Below, piece by piece: positions 1 to 13,600 of a DNA stretch of 64,000 nt (the stretch's first letter is position 1; the number at the start of each line of letters is the position of its first letter). The notes below the pieces were generated by a model. The model was not told the origin of the DNA. It saw only the letters and a list, made by a program, of their open reading frames with translations, and did not search any database. Source of the stretch: Antedon mediterranea (lineage: Eukaryota > Animalia > Echinodermata). Where the stretch lies: contig NC_092674.1 of assembly GCF_964355755.1 (NCBI RefSeq), positions 22,320,001 through 22,384,000 on the forward strand, in the 5' to 3' direction. A program made the position numbers and the translations under genes.

Positions 1-1187
1 GTTGTCACCGAATGCTGCCCGGTACGGTCTCCTAGCGTAGGGAAGGCCTAGGCTAGGCTATGATTGTGTCAATCTAGTTTTAATTAAATAAATACTGATA
101 GGCCTAGGCCTACTTTATTAATATTAAGCTACAGTAATTCAATTTACCTTTTTTAAAAGTTACATTATTTATTGTACCAATAAAACATGTTACAATAGTA
201 AATTATTGTTTCTCAATGTGTTTTTAACGGCAAACATAATTTCGGTCTGTTTATTGTTTTTCGTGAGCTAGCTAGCAGCAGCAGCATGGGTGAAGGGCTT
301 TGATTGATGCGCATGTGCAGAGGTGTCATAATCAAATAAAAACGCCCACACCTAGACCACATGTTTTTTAAGCTCCTTTAGTTTGACGTAATTTGATAGC
401 AATGATGAAAATTGATTAGGTAAACGAGCCAAGCAATAATGACACAATAATTAATTGGTAACATTTCAAAGTTTATTAACACAAGTTAAGTCATGTTCAT
501 TCCGTTTACGTTTTGCCATAATGATTTCCAAATTTATAATGATGCACATTTTTAGTCGATCCCGTTTTTAGTGAAACATTCCTTTTTGAAGTCCTATTGC
601 AATTGTGAATTTAACAATAATTTAAACAAAACAAAGACACAGGAATGTAAATTTAACTTTATTAAAAAACAATTCATATGCTAAAAAACAGGGAGTTGTT
701 AACAACTTCCTGCTAAAAACAATAGACATTAAGACATAGCGCTTCGATGTGAAAAAGCCCACCGCAGTTCGATACGCAACAAAGCAATTGCCGCCTCGTG
801 GGTTAACAATGAACTGACCTGTCAATCACAGTGTAGTGCTCCGTGGCAACATTATTTGATCGTACCGCGAAACGTCGCGCACTTCATGCATGGTGAGGGT
901 ATGGTTAAAAGCTTTTGTACATTGTGAATGTAGTGAATCCGAGTCAGCGACGACGATGTTACGTTGTTTTCGTAAATATTTGGAGTTTTTTAACCGTCAG
1001 TCCGGTTTTCAGACGCTAATTTTCGTGTTTTGTACTTCATAATTTGTCCGGATTCCGGAATTGGGTATTCCGGTTTTCATAATAAATTACAGTACAATTA
1101 GAATAGGGACAAATTGGGCCCTCCAAAAAAGTCCGGTTTTTCGTGAATTCCGGTTTTGGGAGAGTCCGGTATTGGGAGAGTTGACTG
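1..1187. mobile_element. Right end of a Tc1/pogo(Tigger)-like non-autonomous DNA transposon
   Basis: Ends in repeated ccggttttggg/agagtccggtattgggagagttgaCTG|TA, i.e. a TA|CAGTC terminus on the minus strand. The left boundary is not in view. Confidence 0.55.
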
Positions 1188-1188
1188 T

Positions 1189-1327
1189 ATTATACAAATA
1201 ATTATTATTTATGAGTGCAATGGGGCAAATAATTTCATTAGGTAAAAAAAGTGCATATCATCTTTCACCAAATGAATTTATTTGCCCCAGTGCACAAATA
1301 TAAAACATTCATTATTTGTTTTATAAC
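1189..1327. repeat. Inverted repeat / hairpin (Crypton-like MITE remnant)
   Basis: acaaataattattatttatgagtgcaatggggcaaataatttcatt pairs imperfectly with aatgaatttatttgccccagtgcacaaatataaaacattcattatttgt. Confidence 0.5.
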
Positions 1328-1501
1328 ACACCTACTAACTAAACACAAGCTGCACTATTGCATTTCCACCTCAAAATTGTCGTACTCCATTTTATATAAC
1401 GTTAAGTGTGTTATAGTGCAGTCATTTTATTGTCTAATCAATGACAAAAATCTATTTAGGTGTGTTATAATATATCATAATGTATATAATTTTTATTTCA
1501 G

Positions 1502-1615
1502 CTTGGTCTGAGGACACTTTGCTTTGCCTATAGGATTTTATCACCAGAAGTTTATGAAGAATTTCATGAACAGCTTGCAGAAGCATCGAGTAGTCTTGAA
1601 AACAGAGAAGAAAAG
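1502..1615 (+). CDS. ATP11B: ATP11-like exon ([11 protein letters not shown]...ENREEK)
   Basis: ttttatttcag acceptor, AAG|gtaaa donor, 114 nt phase 0-0, GLRTL motif. Confidence 0.92.
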
Positions 1616-4600
1616 GTAAACAAAAAGTGATGAAAATTCTTTATTTCTTTTATTATTATTTACTATTTCTTATATTTCTAGATTTTGCAATAGTAAAATA
1701 AAGAATATATATTTTAGTCAATCGAAATGGGAGAGTTTATAAGCACAGTTTTTAAAAAATGGAACACACTGATACTGTACTGCATTTATAATATATCACA
1801 TTGGTTCATTGTTTTGGTATTCACTGTAAACTGTAGAAATGTAGGAAATGAATGCCCAGGCCTAAATGAATATTGTCTGCCTAAGGAATCATTGGTTAGT
1901 AATTATTCGGCAAGAAGGTGTTGATGCTAATAGGCAGCCTAGCCAAACCAACAGAAGAAAGGCCTACCCAGCCAGGTCTACTGATATTTGGCTAATATAA
2001 CAAATCACCATTTATATCGTTGAAATTTGACATCCTCTTGGGAATTATATTTTTCTCTCTGGACTATATTTTCCCTCAGCTTTGCTTCAAGAAAAATATC
2101 ATTGGAGATGTAAAATGTTATATTTCACATTTAAACAGGCAATATTTGTATAATAATAATGTTACTTTCTTTGCTACTTCAGTTGAATGCAGTGTTTGAG
2201 ATTGCAGAACAGCAACTTCATCTAGTTGGTGCAACTGCCGTTGAAGATGAACTCCAGGATGGAGTTGCAGATACAATCGCAAAACTCAGGGAAGCAGGAA
2301 TTAAGGTAAAATCATTTCACTCTTTAGATATTAAAACGATAACAAATAAATGATTATTTTGTTGTTAAAAAATGAAATGAAATATTTCAGCAATAACTTG
2401 TTGTATAAGTCATGCTAAAAAATATGTTGGGCTTCTTGAAAAGATGTGTGCTAAGAAATCAGGTTTATTTCTATTATATTATTATTACTTTTGTTATTTT
2501 TACTCTGGTACCCAAGTCTAGGACTCGCTTATCTTCTCCTCTTCCTTCTCTTCTTCTTCCTCTTTCATCTGGACACTATTGAGCCAACTTTCAAGTCCTA
2601 CTAGTTCTTTACGCGTTGTCTAACGGCTCTGAAACATGGCATGCATATACTAGGAACAAAACTATAGAGAGAAAACTGTTGTACTTTAACCGGATGCAGA
2701 ATTATGACGTCTTAAACAAAAAATTGCGATTTATAAAGTACTACTCCTCCCTTATTCGTTGTAGTATTGAGCTGGTATTTGGCCTGGGTATACTACAGGG
2801 ACATGTCCTAAAAGCTATAGAGCCGGATTTTATAATTTTAAACCAGATGCAGCCATATGACGTTTCGAAGATAGTACCTTGGTGCCAAACGATTTTCGTC
2901 GTAATATAGCCGTGTTTGGTGTCATTTCAAAGGTCTTGACTTAGAAAATATGAGTATATACAGTAAAACCTATTTATGATATTGTGTCGTCACTTCTGCT
3001 CCCGGAAATGGCAAAATAGATGTGTATGTGACGTAAAATCCCGTCTTATGACGTCATTACAGCTTCTTTTGCTGTACCCCGAGTATCGCACATTCGTCAA
3101 GTTTGTACAATACTCAATTATTGAAATGCAATAGACTGAATAAAGTTATAAACAATTTTGATTAATTTCCTTGGAATTACTATTTAACTGTTTTATTTAT
3201 TTAGGTATGGGTACTAACAGGAGACAAGCAGGAGACAGCCGTGAACATCAGTCACTCTTGTGATCATTTTAAAGCAAATATGTCAGAACTTTACCTTGTG
3301 AAACAAAAAGATCAAAATGAGATTTCAAGAATGCTCACTGATTATAGTAAAATGTAAGAAATTTAATATTAATAAAATCCCAAAAGTAGTGTAACTTGAT
3401 ACCCCAATCCCAATATCATAGGTTGGAGTCATTGTCCTTTCAATTTGAAAGAAGTGAATCCCTAAACCACTCACCGACAGTAGTGAAATTGACTTGAAAT
3501 TATCCGAGAAGACATTTTTTTTATTCAGTATATTACACAGAGATGCCTTACAAGATGGAACCACCTTAGCTTCAAGGCGCCTCAGATTAACAAATACAAC
3601 ATTTCAAAACAACTAACAGAAACATCAATTAAATCTTCCAGAATTAACAAGAAATTGTTGTACATAATAAAATAATAAAGCATTTTCACAATTCAAAAGA
3701 AGATCGGAACCAAAAATAAAAATTTCACTTAAAAATGTAAAATTAAATGTTAAAGAAAAGAAGAAGACATTCTACCACCAGAACTAGTCGAGAGAGCATT
3801 TAACCCATATCGATTTTATAGAATTATTTTGTCATATCTTAGCCGCTTGACTAAAAAATGAATAGATGATTTGTGTATTACTGTAACATTGAGAAAATTG
3901 CAAGAAATGTTATTCTATCTTAGATAGTGTTATACTAATAATTGTTTTCTTCAGGGTGGATGGTGGTGGAAATTATGCCTTTGTAGTTGATGGTCCCAGC
4001 CTAGCTTTAGCTCTGAACTTCCATTCAGATAAGTTACTTCAAGTCTGTATAAAGTGTGTAGCAGTGCTGTGTTGCAGAATGTCCCCACTACAGAAGGCTC
4101 AGGTAATTATTATTATTGTCATAAGCAATAAAGTAGTCTATGATATGTTAATCTATTTGTGGAAATAAATTTACTCATTGCAACAGTGCAATAAATTAGT
4201 ATATATATCGTATATAACTAAAACTCTTTTATATCTGCCAAGCCATCTATATAGTTTTCTACTCTTACTCTCTCCGTCTTCTATTCCCCAGGCTGTTGTT
4301 TGTTGTACCATGGACCTCTAATTTATAGGCCCATGGTTTTACTTTCTTTTATTCCAGTCCACTCATGTCTAGCTTATACCTTTATACAATATTCTATACT
4401 ACTTTCCATGTATTCTCACTTGCACTGAGGAAGGCTTACTGGAAAGCTCTACAATTTTTTTCTGACTCCCTGGTTTACTTTATTGTTTTAATTTAGCTTT
4501 TTTATTATTTTTTTGTCATTGCATTGTAATTTTTTCACTAATTTGCTTTTTGATTATAATATTTAATACACTTTATTTTAGCCAATACCTTTAAAATTAT

Positions 4601-7600
4601 AAAGCCATATAGAATAAAATAATGTTGTTATTGATGCTATTTAGTATTTTACCTTTTATACAAATTTGTTTATATCACTAAATTAAAACTACAATTATTT
4701 TGTGTGAAATCAGTTGTAAGAATTCTTTTTTCCCCAGAAATATCAAGTATTAAATTAGTAATTAAAAAAAAAAAATTAAAGTATGTATGTATGTGCCTAT
4801 ATAAAAGTTTTGTATTGTTTTATTTAGACTGTGAAGTTAGTTAAAGACTCTCCAACCAAACCAACGACAATGGCCATTGGTGATGGCGCTAATGATGTCA
4901 GTATGATACAAGAGGCTCATGTTGGTCTTGGTATGTACATGCATGCCCCATTGAAACCTGCTCGCATTTTGGTCTGCACTGCTTCCAGTGGTGTAGTGCA
5001 GATGCTTGAGACGCCTGGTTTAAGGACCCTAAGTAGTGGCCCTCAAACAATTCAGGCCTTGGGAGTTTTTAGCCTTTTTTAACATATTTTAAGGCATTTT
5101 TTCCCTTCTAAGGAGCCCCATTAACTTCCAGGGCCCCTGCGTTTAGCCAGTGAGCCCTCATAACACTGCTTCACATTTAATGCAATGTTTCAAATGGTTT
5201 CAACACGTGATGAAATCTATGGCAAATACATTGAATGTGAAGCAAGTGTGAACAGGGCTTTAGATGTTCATCGTAACAATGTGGTAACTTATACTTGCAC
5301 ATACATTTTCAGTTTTGTCAAAGGCAGGCCACCATGGTTCAATGCTCTCCTTGATAATAATTCAGGTTGTTGAACAAGGATTTAAAACTACAGGTTAAGT
5401 GTAAACATCTGGCTCATGTGTAACCCAGTGCATTTTTCGGAATGGTTGAGGTTATGTTGTGTACTGGTCCATCTCAGCTGCTAACAATGTGGACAGACGA
5501 ATGAGCGGCGTTTGGTGGCAGCTCGACGCAAAACAACCTTTAGGGGATATGACACTTTTGTGACAGTTATCATTGCATAATGTTAATATCCTTTACCTAC
5601 CTGGCGTCAGACGATGTCGTATAACATAGATTCATTAAAACAGTCACTTATACGTTTTTGTCATTACTTTTAGGTATTATGGGAAAAGAAGGACGACAAG
5701 CTGTACGATGCAGCGACTATGCATTTGCTCGGTTTCGCTTTTTGCAGAAAATTCTTTTAGTGCACGGGCCTTGGTACTATATAAGAGTGGCCATGACCGT
5801 ACAATACTTTTTCTACAAGGTTTGTATAAAACATAAAAACATCTTTGAATAAAGGCATATAAACTACAAAAAAAGAAAATGTAATAGTCCATGTAATTGT
5901 GCTATAAATAGGCCCGTTACATTAAACTATTTTTTGACAATGTTTGTAAAATTATAATATAATGGGGAATAAAACACCTATAGAGCATACAGTAGTGGGA
6001 TAAGGAATGAGATGTTTTTCTATCTATAACTATGGACCAAGGAAAATGAAATAATATTTATAATAAATAGCATAAAATATTAATATTTTCTTTCATTTAA
6101 GTGGCCATTTCAATACATTTATTCTATATTTTATTAAAGTCATTAATTTCATCAATAAGATTAATTAATAAACTTGTAACATTTCTTTCCTGTTTTATTC
6201 CAGAATATTGCCTTTATTACTGCCCAGTTTTTCTATGCCTTCTACACACAGTTTTCTCAGCAGGTATTTATATTATACTAAAGTGCTATTACAGGGTCTG
6301 ATAAAATATTTATATCAGCAGACCTACATAGTATTCTGTTTTTCCCCTTAAATAATGTTAAGTAGCATATAGCAACTGTCTTTGACCTCCCTGCCATCTG
6401 AATGTGTAAAATTTGTATGATACAATTGTGGAAATTCACTCTTCTAACTTACCCAATCTTTTAAATATTTTAGCCAGCTCAATTGTTTGTCTTTTTAACT
6501 ATAACTATTTTTTGACTATATATACTTTCTGATTTAGTGATTTTTTGTTTCTCATCACTTTACTCAAAGTTCAAAATCTTTTAATCCAATCTAGTGTTGA
6601 TTGGATATTTCAATATAATTAATAAAAAGTTTAAATAATTAATAAAAATGTTACACTTTAAAAGTGTTTTTTAAATGAATACATTGTGGTGATTAAATAT
6701 ACTGTATTATTATAATAATATAAAGGGTTTAAAAGCGTTTAAAGTGCTATATGAGATTGAATTAATAATGGTACATGACATTTTCCTGACTTAATTTATC
6801 TAAATATTATTATTTTTTTATTTCTCTTCAGACCGTTTTTGAGAGTTTTTATTTGACCTTCTACAATATTACATGTACAGCATTACCAATCACGATATAT
6901 GGAATATTTGAACAGCATCTGTCAAAGAAAATGCTGCTTGAAAATCCATTGTTATACAAAGAAATTTCCAAAAATGCAAAGTTACGTCTTTGGGAATGTT
7001 TCTATTGGTGTATATTAGGTAAGAATAAGATAGACTTCATGTCTTAGGGTCAAGTTAGGATCGTCTGTATTCGTATACAGTATACACACAGCCTTGGATA
7101 AGTTATTTTAGTCGGTAGTCTACAGTACTGACTACATATCATATACCAAGCCCACACATTTTACACGGGTGTGAAAAACGCGTGACTCGCGTGTAATTAG
7201 GTACTAACAATACTGTCCATATTCACTCATGCATTACTGCATTGAGTAATTCAACTGCAGCGAACTGTATTTATAATTTGTTGATGTTTTGTATGATATA
7301 TATTATTATATATCACCAAACAGTCAATAACTGGAATTGTAGTACAGGATAACAGCATTTTATATAACAAAATATAGGCCTGTTTGAAATAAAAAATCGA
7401 TTTATTTATCATAGTGCCATCATGGAGGTAAAAACCTCCATGATGCAATTATGTCTGTGATTGAAAATACTATTACTAGGCCTAAGAGGCCTAGTTTAGT
7501 ATAGTAGGCTTACTACCGGGAGTACAGTACTACTATTCTAGGCCTAGTTTGCTTTCAGGGTTTGTTTATATATATTTTTAAGTCATATTTATTAAGTATT

Positions 7601-10600
7601 TGAGAAAACTCATTAAAAAAAACAAGGTAGAAAAGACCCAACAATATCTTTCAAAACACGATCGTCGCTGGTGGTACGCACCACGTTGTAGAGTTCATCC
7701 ATTGAGTACACACAGTTTGCTAGGCCAAATAATAACATAAAGGTTTTACCATTCCCCGTCGGGGAGGAAAACATTTATATAGTATTACAACACCAGTATT
7801 GACATGCATGTATTTAGCACGGTAACTAATGTACACCCCTGTTACGGACTGGACCATTAATCACTGAACGAAACCACGTTGGAGCGATCCTCCGCACACA
7901 GCCGGAGCGAGAGAGAAGCGAGGTCGAATAAATACAAGTTTTTACCATTTCCCGTCCAGGGGAAATCAGTTCTCTTATAATTACAGCCCTGATACCGTGC
8001 GCATATGTTTACGTTGATATTATTTAATTGCACACCTCATTTTGGACTGTACCATTTTCGGAACCTTGTTTTGTTTTATTATAAACATGGGCTGATGTCA
8101 GACAAATATCTGTTTCAAACGTCAATTTAGCAACTTATTAAGTCGTTTCATAAGCAGAGAATTTATAAAGCAAGTATACAATGCAGACTAGACATGTTAG
8201 ATAGAAATATACTAAAAGATATTTAATAAGAAGAACGTAATAATTTGACTTTCTACACCGAGCGGCGGAAAACCCATTCACACTCACAGTCACAGTTATT
8301 TGAGCGAATACTGTACTTGGCCTAAAACACTCCTAGCTCTGTATTTTAATACGACGTGAACTCTAAACAAAAACCCGATGAAAAACAATTTACATGAATT
8401 CTATAAACTTTCTTATTTATTGTTTGCCTAACAATAGCGAAAAAATAAACTTTGTTACATACAGTAACGGGCGGGTTCAGATTACATATATGATGGTAGG
8501 CCTAAACAATAGAAACAAAACAAACTGATACCCACGTGTGTGTTGTCGCGGGCGTCGTACCGGGAGTTCCATATTTTACCAGTAAAAAGCTACAAAGTGA
8601 TGACGTCATGGTCCACACGGCAAATACAGGCACGCGGCAATTACACATATATTACACGCGCGACAAACGCGGGTTATGGTACATGATTTGTAGTCAGTAC
8701 TGTAGTTAGTAGCACAACCTATAGTAATGTAATAATAATAAGTATATTAGTGTAGCTAGTGACTTCACCCTATTTGTAGCAAACTATACCTAACACCACC
8801 GCAACTAGATATCATATGCGGCGCAGCAAGCAGCAGAGAACAGCAACGCCAACCTAATTCAATGATGTTGGTCATGATTGTTTGCAGCTTTGGCTGAAAC
8901 ACAATATTGTGTATTTGATAAGAAGAAGACCAAATGTCTTAATGTCACCAACAATATCCCCCGAGTACCAATATTATGGCTTTGGTTTGCAGTGCCCCTT
9001 AGCTGTTTGGCTTTTCTTGTCTTAAAGAATCCCATTTGTATTTAAATTGATTTTGCAGGCTTTTATCACGCATTTCTTTTCTACTATGTGCCTATCTGGT
9101 TGCTGGGAGATGATATTGGCTTAAAAAGTGAACAAGTTGTAAGTTATTACACACACTGTTATACTGTCCGGCTCTATGCACACTGTCAAAATAGTTTGAC
9201 AAAAAAAGTGTGATGTGCCCAAATATGGTAGTAATATGCCCAAATATGATAGTGGTATGACATCATCATGTCCATATATGGACACATCACATTTTTTTGT
9301 CACATAAAGTTTGATAGTATAGACAGAGCTTAACTTCATTTTGTTGTTATAGTTTGAATTAAAACATATTTAAAAGGAATTGTACAGTAAATACAAAATA
9401 TTTGTTCACTTACAGAATTATGGTCTTTGGAGTTTTGGTACAATTATTTTCACAAATTGTGTGATTGTTGTCAATATAAAGGTGAGTGACCATATTTATT
9501 TAAATAAGTCATCCCAGGCATTATTGCTCAGGCAGATTTTTAGTTGTAATTTATTTGTGAGCCGCATTTATTTATAATATGGTCTCCACAAATAACATAC
9601 ACTACAACTTTGTTTGTAAGATACACACCATTTTCCTAAATCAGTTATAATAGTAAGGTAGGTAAAGAAATTCAAAGAGAAGCTTAGTGTTTTTTCTGAT
9701 GGCTGTGGTCCCATCTCCATTTTTTTAGCATTTTGGTCAAAGCTCTACTTTTTCTCAAGTCCATTGTGCCACAGTGACCCCCCACCATGTATAAGATAAT
9801 TACATAATATTTTGTTTAAAAATTTTAGTTGATTATTGAGACCTGTCATTGGAACATTCTGGCTGTTGCGTCCATGGTGATAACGATAGTCGGTTACCCA
9901 ACCTTAGCCTCTATATATTCTGGTATAGTTTGGTAAGTAAAATCTGTAATTAAATTTCAGCAAGTCATTTTTATTCAAACATTCTAAGATCTATTAGCTG
10001 TGTTAAACATTGTATTAATCACGTTACATTTTCATATGCCCCCTTAATATGTCATTTTACATTTGTAAAATAATGTTATTCTAAAAAGTAATAAAAGTAT
10101 AGTAAATCCAGTCAATTGAAATAACTTGTTTATCAGATTTTATGTTACTACCTGGATGAAGAATAATTTTCAAAACTGTGTAGTAATATTACACATTCTA
10201 TGATTTTTCATATATAAATCATGAATGATTCCACCAAACTTTTGAGTTAAAATAACTATAGCGAGACATTTAATGAATAGACAAACTGCCTTAAAATGTG
10301 ACATGATTCATATATAAATATCAATTCAATCAACCTAATTATAAAGTAAATGAGACCTTAAAGAAACTTTTCGTATCTTGTCTTAACAAAATTAATAATT
10401 AACTACTTGATATTTTTTGACTGTAATCTTTCTCAATGTAAATTTATTATTCAAAATTTCAATTAAAAACATTTTTTTTTTATTCATATGTATTTTTATT
10501 TTTATAATCTACCTGCTGTTGATGAACAATATTGGTAATTAATTATCAAGCAATAAAGAAAATGTTAGGATTGGCAGAGTTGTAGAACACACTACGTTTC

Positions 10601-13600
10601 CACAATTGTGGGTGATATGTTTTCACTTACTATATAGGTTTTAGATTGAAGTCCATAATTATTTTTTTCTATGATTTTTAGGTTCAACGCCACAGGGTGG
10701 TATGTATTTATACTATTAAAGGGTTTATTTGTGGAGACTTCTTAACTTGTGCATGCAATACTGTATTTCTATTTCCCTGTTAATTCCCTATATTAATTTC
10801 CTTGAACCTCTTCGCTTTAGCATAAAACTGTTTTTGCTAAGCTCTTTTATATTTATATTTATTACTACTTTATAACTACCAGAACATGATATGCTATGCA
10901 CAGAGTTTTTAATTGTATACTACTTTATTCCTCTTGGTATTCCTGTTAATTGTTAAACATAACTTCAATGTTCAATAATCTGTAACACTTACGTATGCAC
11001 TGTTTAACATCTGTCAATCGTTTTAAAACTTGTCTGCCCAACATACTTATAACATTATAATCTATTTACAATATATTTGAACAATTTAGTGGATATAATA
11101 TAGTATTGATATTTGAAACTAAAACAACTTACTAAAATGTGTCCTGTTAATTGCTATATATACACAACACTTTATACTTTGTTGTAATTTTGACAAAAGT
11201 GTATTTTTCATGTTGTATAAAATGGTATGTATACTGTTGATGTTGGTCACACACGAATGCACACAACTTGAAAAAAAAAGCTATGGTTTTAACAAATCTG
11301 AATATATGCTTCTAAGTGCATTTTAAAATTCACTTTCTAATTGTTCTATTTTTGCTGTTTTTCTTTATTCTTCTTTTATTTTTGGAGTATATAAATCAGT
11401 ATGTTATATAGCTTTTTTTCGGTGCTAAGCATAGATTTTACAATCTCCATACATGCAATAATAGAATGCTATAAATCAAATTACTTCTTTTCAGGGAGCT
11501 CTTCAGTACCACAAGTCTTTACTGGGTTTTCTTTGAGGTTCATAAGATCGCTGCAATGTGGTTTTGTATTCTTCTCTCTGTTGGAATGGCATTTCTACCA
11601 GACTTTGTTTACAAAATGATTATGTACTACTACTACCCATCTCAAAGTCAAATTGAACGGGTAAGTTTAGACTTAATATTGTTATTTTTCATACGCTGAT
11701 AAAGGTAGTAAAACCACTTTCATACATCACTACATTTCAAAATACTATGTATCATAAATATATAAAAATATAATTGCTATTAGAGAACATTGTGTCATAT
11801 CAATATTAAATCATCGGTAATTATTATTATTAGTCTTATTATTTGTATAAATTTCAAAAATTATATTTGAAATTGGATCCATTATACTATTCTTCTACTA
11901 ATTATTAAACCATGGACTTCTCCATGATCAAACTAAACAATGAAACTATTATTTGGATACATTTTTAATACATAACATTACACATAATTATATCTGCACC
12001 ACATATAAACACAACATTTCTATTCAAAATTTAAATATACTTTTGTACTTTAATAACACAACTATTTCTATTAGACATTTACACTATATTCTACATATAT
12101 TTTATACTGCAGCATAAATATAAATTCTATATTGACAAAAAGTTTGTATACAGCCATTTTCTTCTGAAGTAGAAAGATAATCTGAAGCGGATTTTAATTA
12201 CTTAGATTATGTTGACATTGGGCTGTTTTTTTAACAATAATAACAATAAACATTATACATTTTAATATAATTTCTTTCTTTTGTTTTATTAATGTTGATT
12301 TATTTTATACTGATTGACCATTATTATTTTAATGTGGGATTTATTTGTCAACTATTTTAAATGGTGTATTCATATGTGAATTTGCATGGGTGTATTATGG
12401 ATATGATGTATATTTTGCGTATTATAGCAAATGTCGCCATCGTCACTGAGATGCATGTGCCAAGGCATTGGACCATTTGAACTTTTGGTGCGTTTTATAG
12501 TATATGTTTTTAAACAGTTAAATAATCTTACTCAATACTGTACTATGGAACTTTTTGCTGTTTTTGCTAACACTATTCACATATTAATTTTTTTAACAAG
12601 TTGCATGATGGAAATTTTTAATGTAAAATATTAATTACAAATACATATAATATAATTTGTATTATTTATATTTTATTAATACGGTACTAAACCCTTGTCT
12701 AAGGGAACACTTTGTTGGTTCCGTAAAGAGTGTCCCATAGGGATTCTTGTTTAGTTGTAATAATATGGGAAACTATGTAACTTGGCAATAACTTTCACAA
12801 TCAGGAATGATTAAATCACAATAATACAATTAAAACATGGTCTAACTTGACACTAAACCTCTGTATGCACAGTAAACAGTGCACTGGATTAACTGTACTA
12901 TTACTGTAGGCATTGCATGTTGACTAATTTTTCATGTCATATCTTTGTTTATGGTACAATTCATTATTTTTATTATATATTTTTTTTTATTATGGCCGAC
13001 TGTCATGAACGACAATGTCAGTTAGTCTTACATTCATCTGAATGATGGATTAAACTAAGCCGGGACTGTTTAAAGCACCTTTGGGTGGTCCCAACATTGA
13101 CCAATTCATTCATAAGTGGATAAATTGTCACAAAGTCTGTTTTTCAAATTATGGAAACAAAATCTTTGAAATACAGCTATTTCTCTTCAAATTTGAGTTA
13201 ATGATTTTGTAGCTTAAAGGCAGTGGCATTACCACTAAAAATGAGTATATCATTGCGACTTGTGTGTGCTAAAACATTGACAGGATCATCCCTACTTTAA
13301 TATACTATAGTAATTAATAACCATGGTGATGCTTTAATAATTTTAAATTAACCAATCACAAAGCATTAGTATCAATCATAAAGGCTTAAAAGAAAAAATC
13401 TACAGGATTCTGAATAATAGATGTTCTGCTTGTTTCGAATGCCATGCTGCCTCATGCAAGACTTGATGTAGTTTCTAAATATGCCAAAACTTTGTGTATG
13501 ATTTTCCATTAAGAAGAATTTTATTTTATGAGGTAAAATGATTCTTTGACGAGTCTTGGGTCTGTGCTATGACTTAGCATAGTTTCATGGGATACGATCA

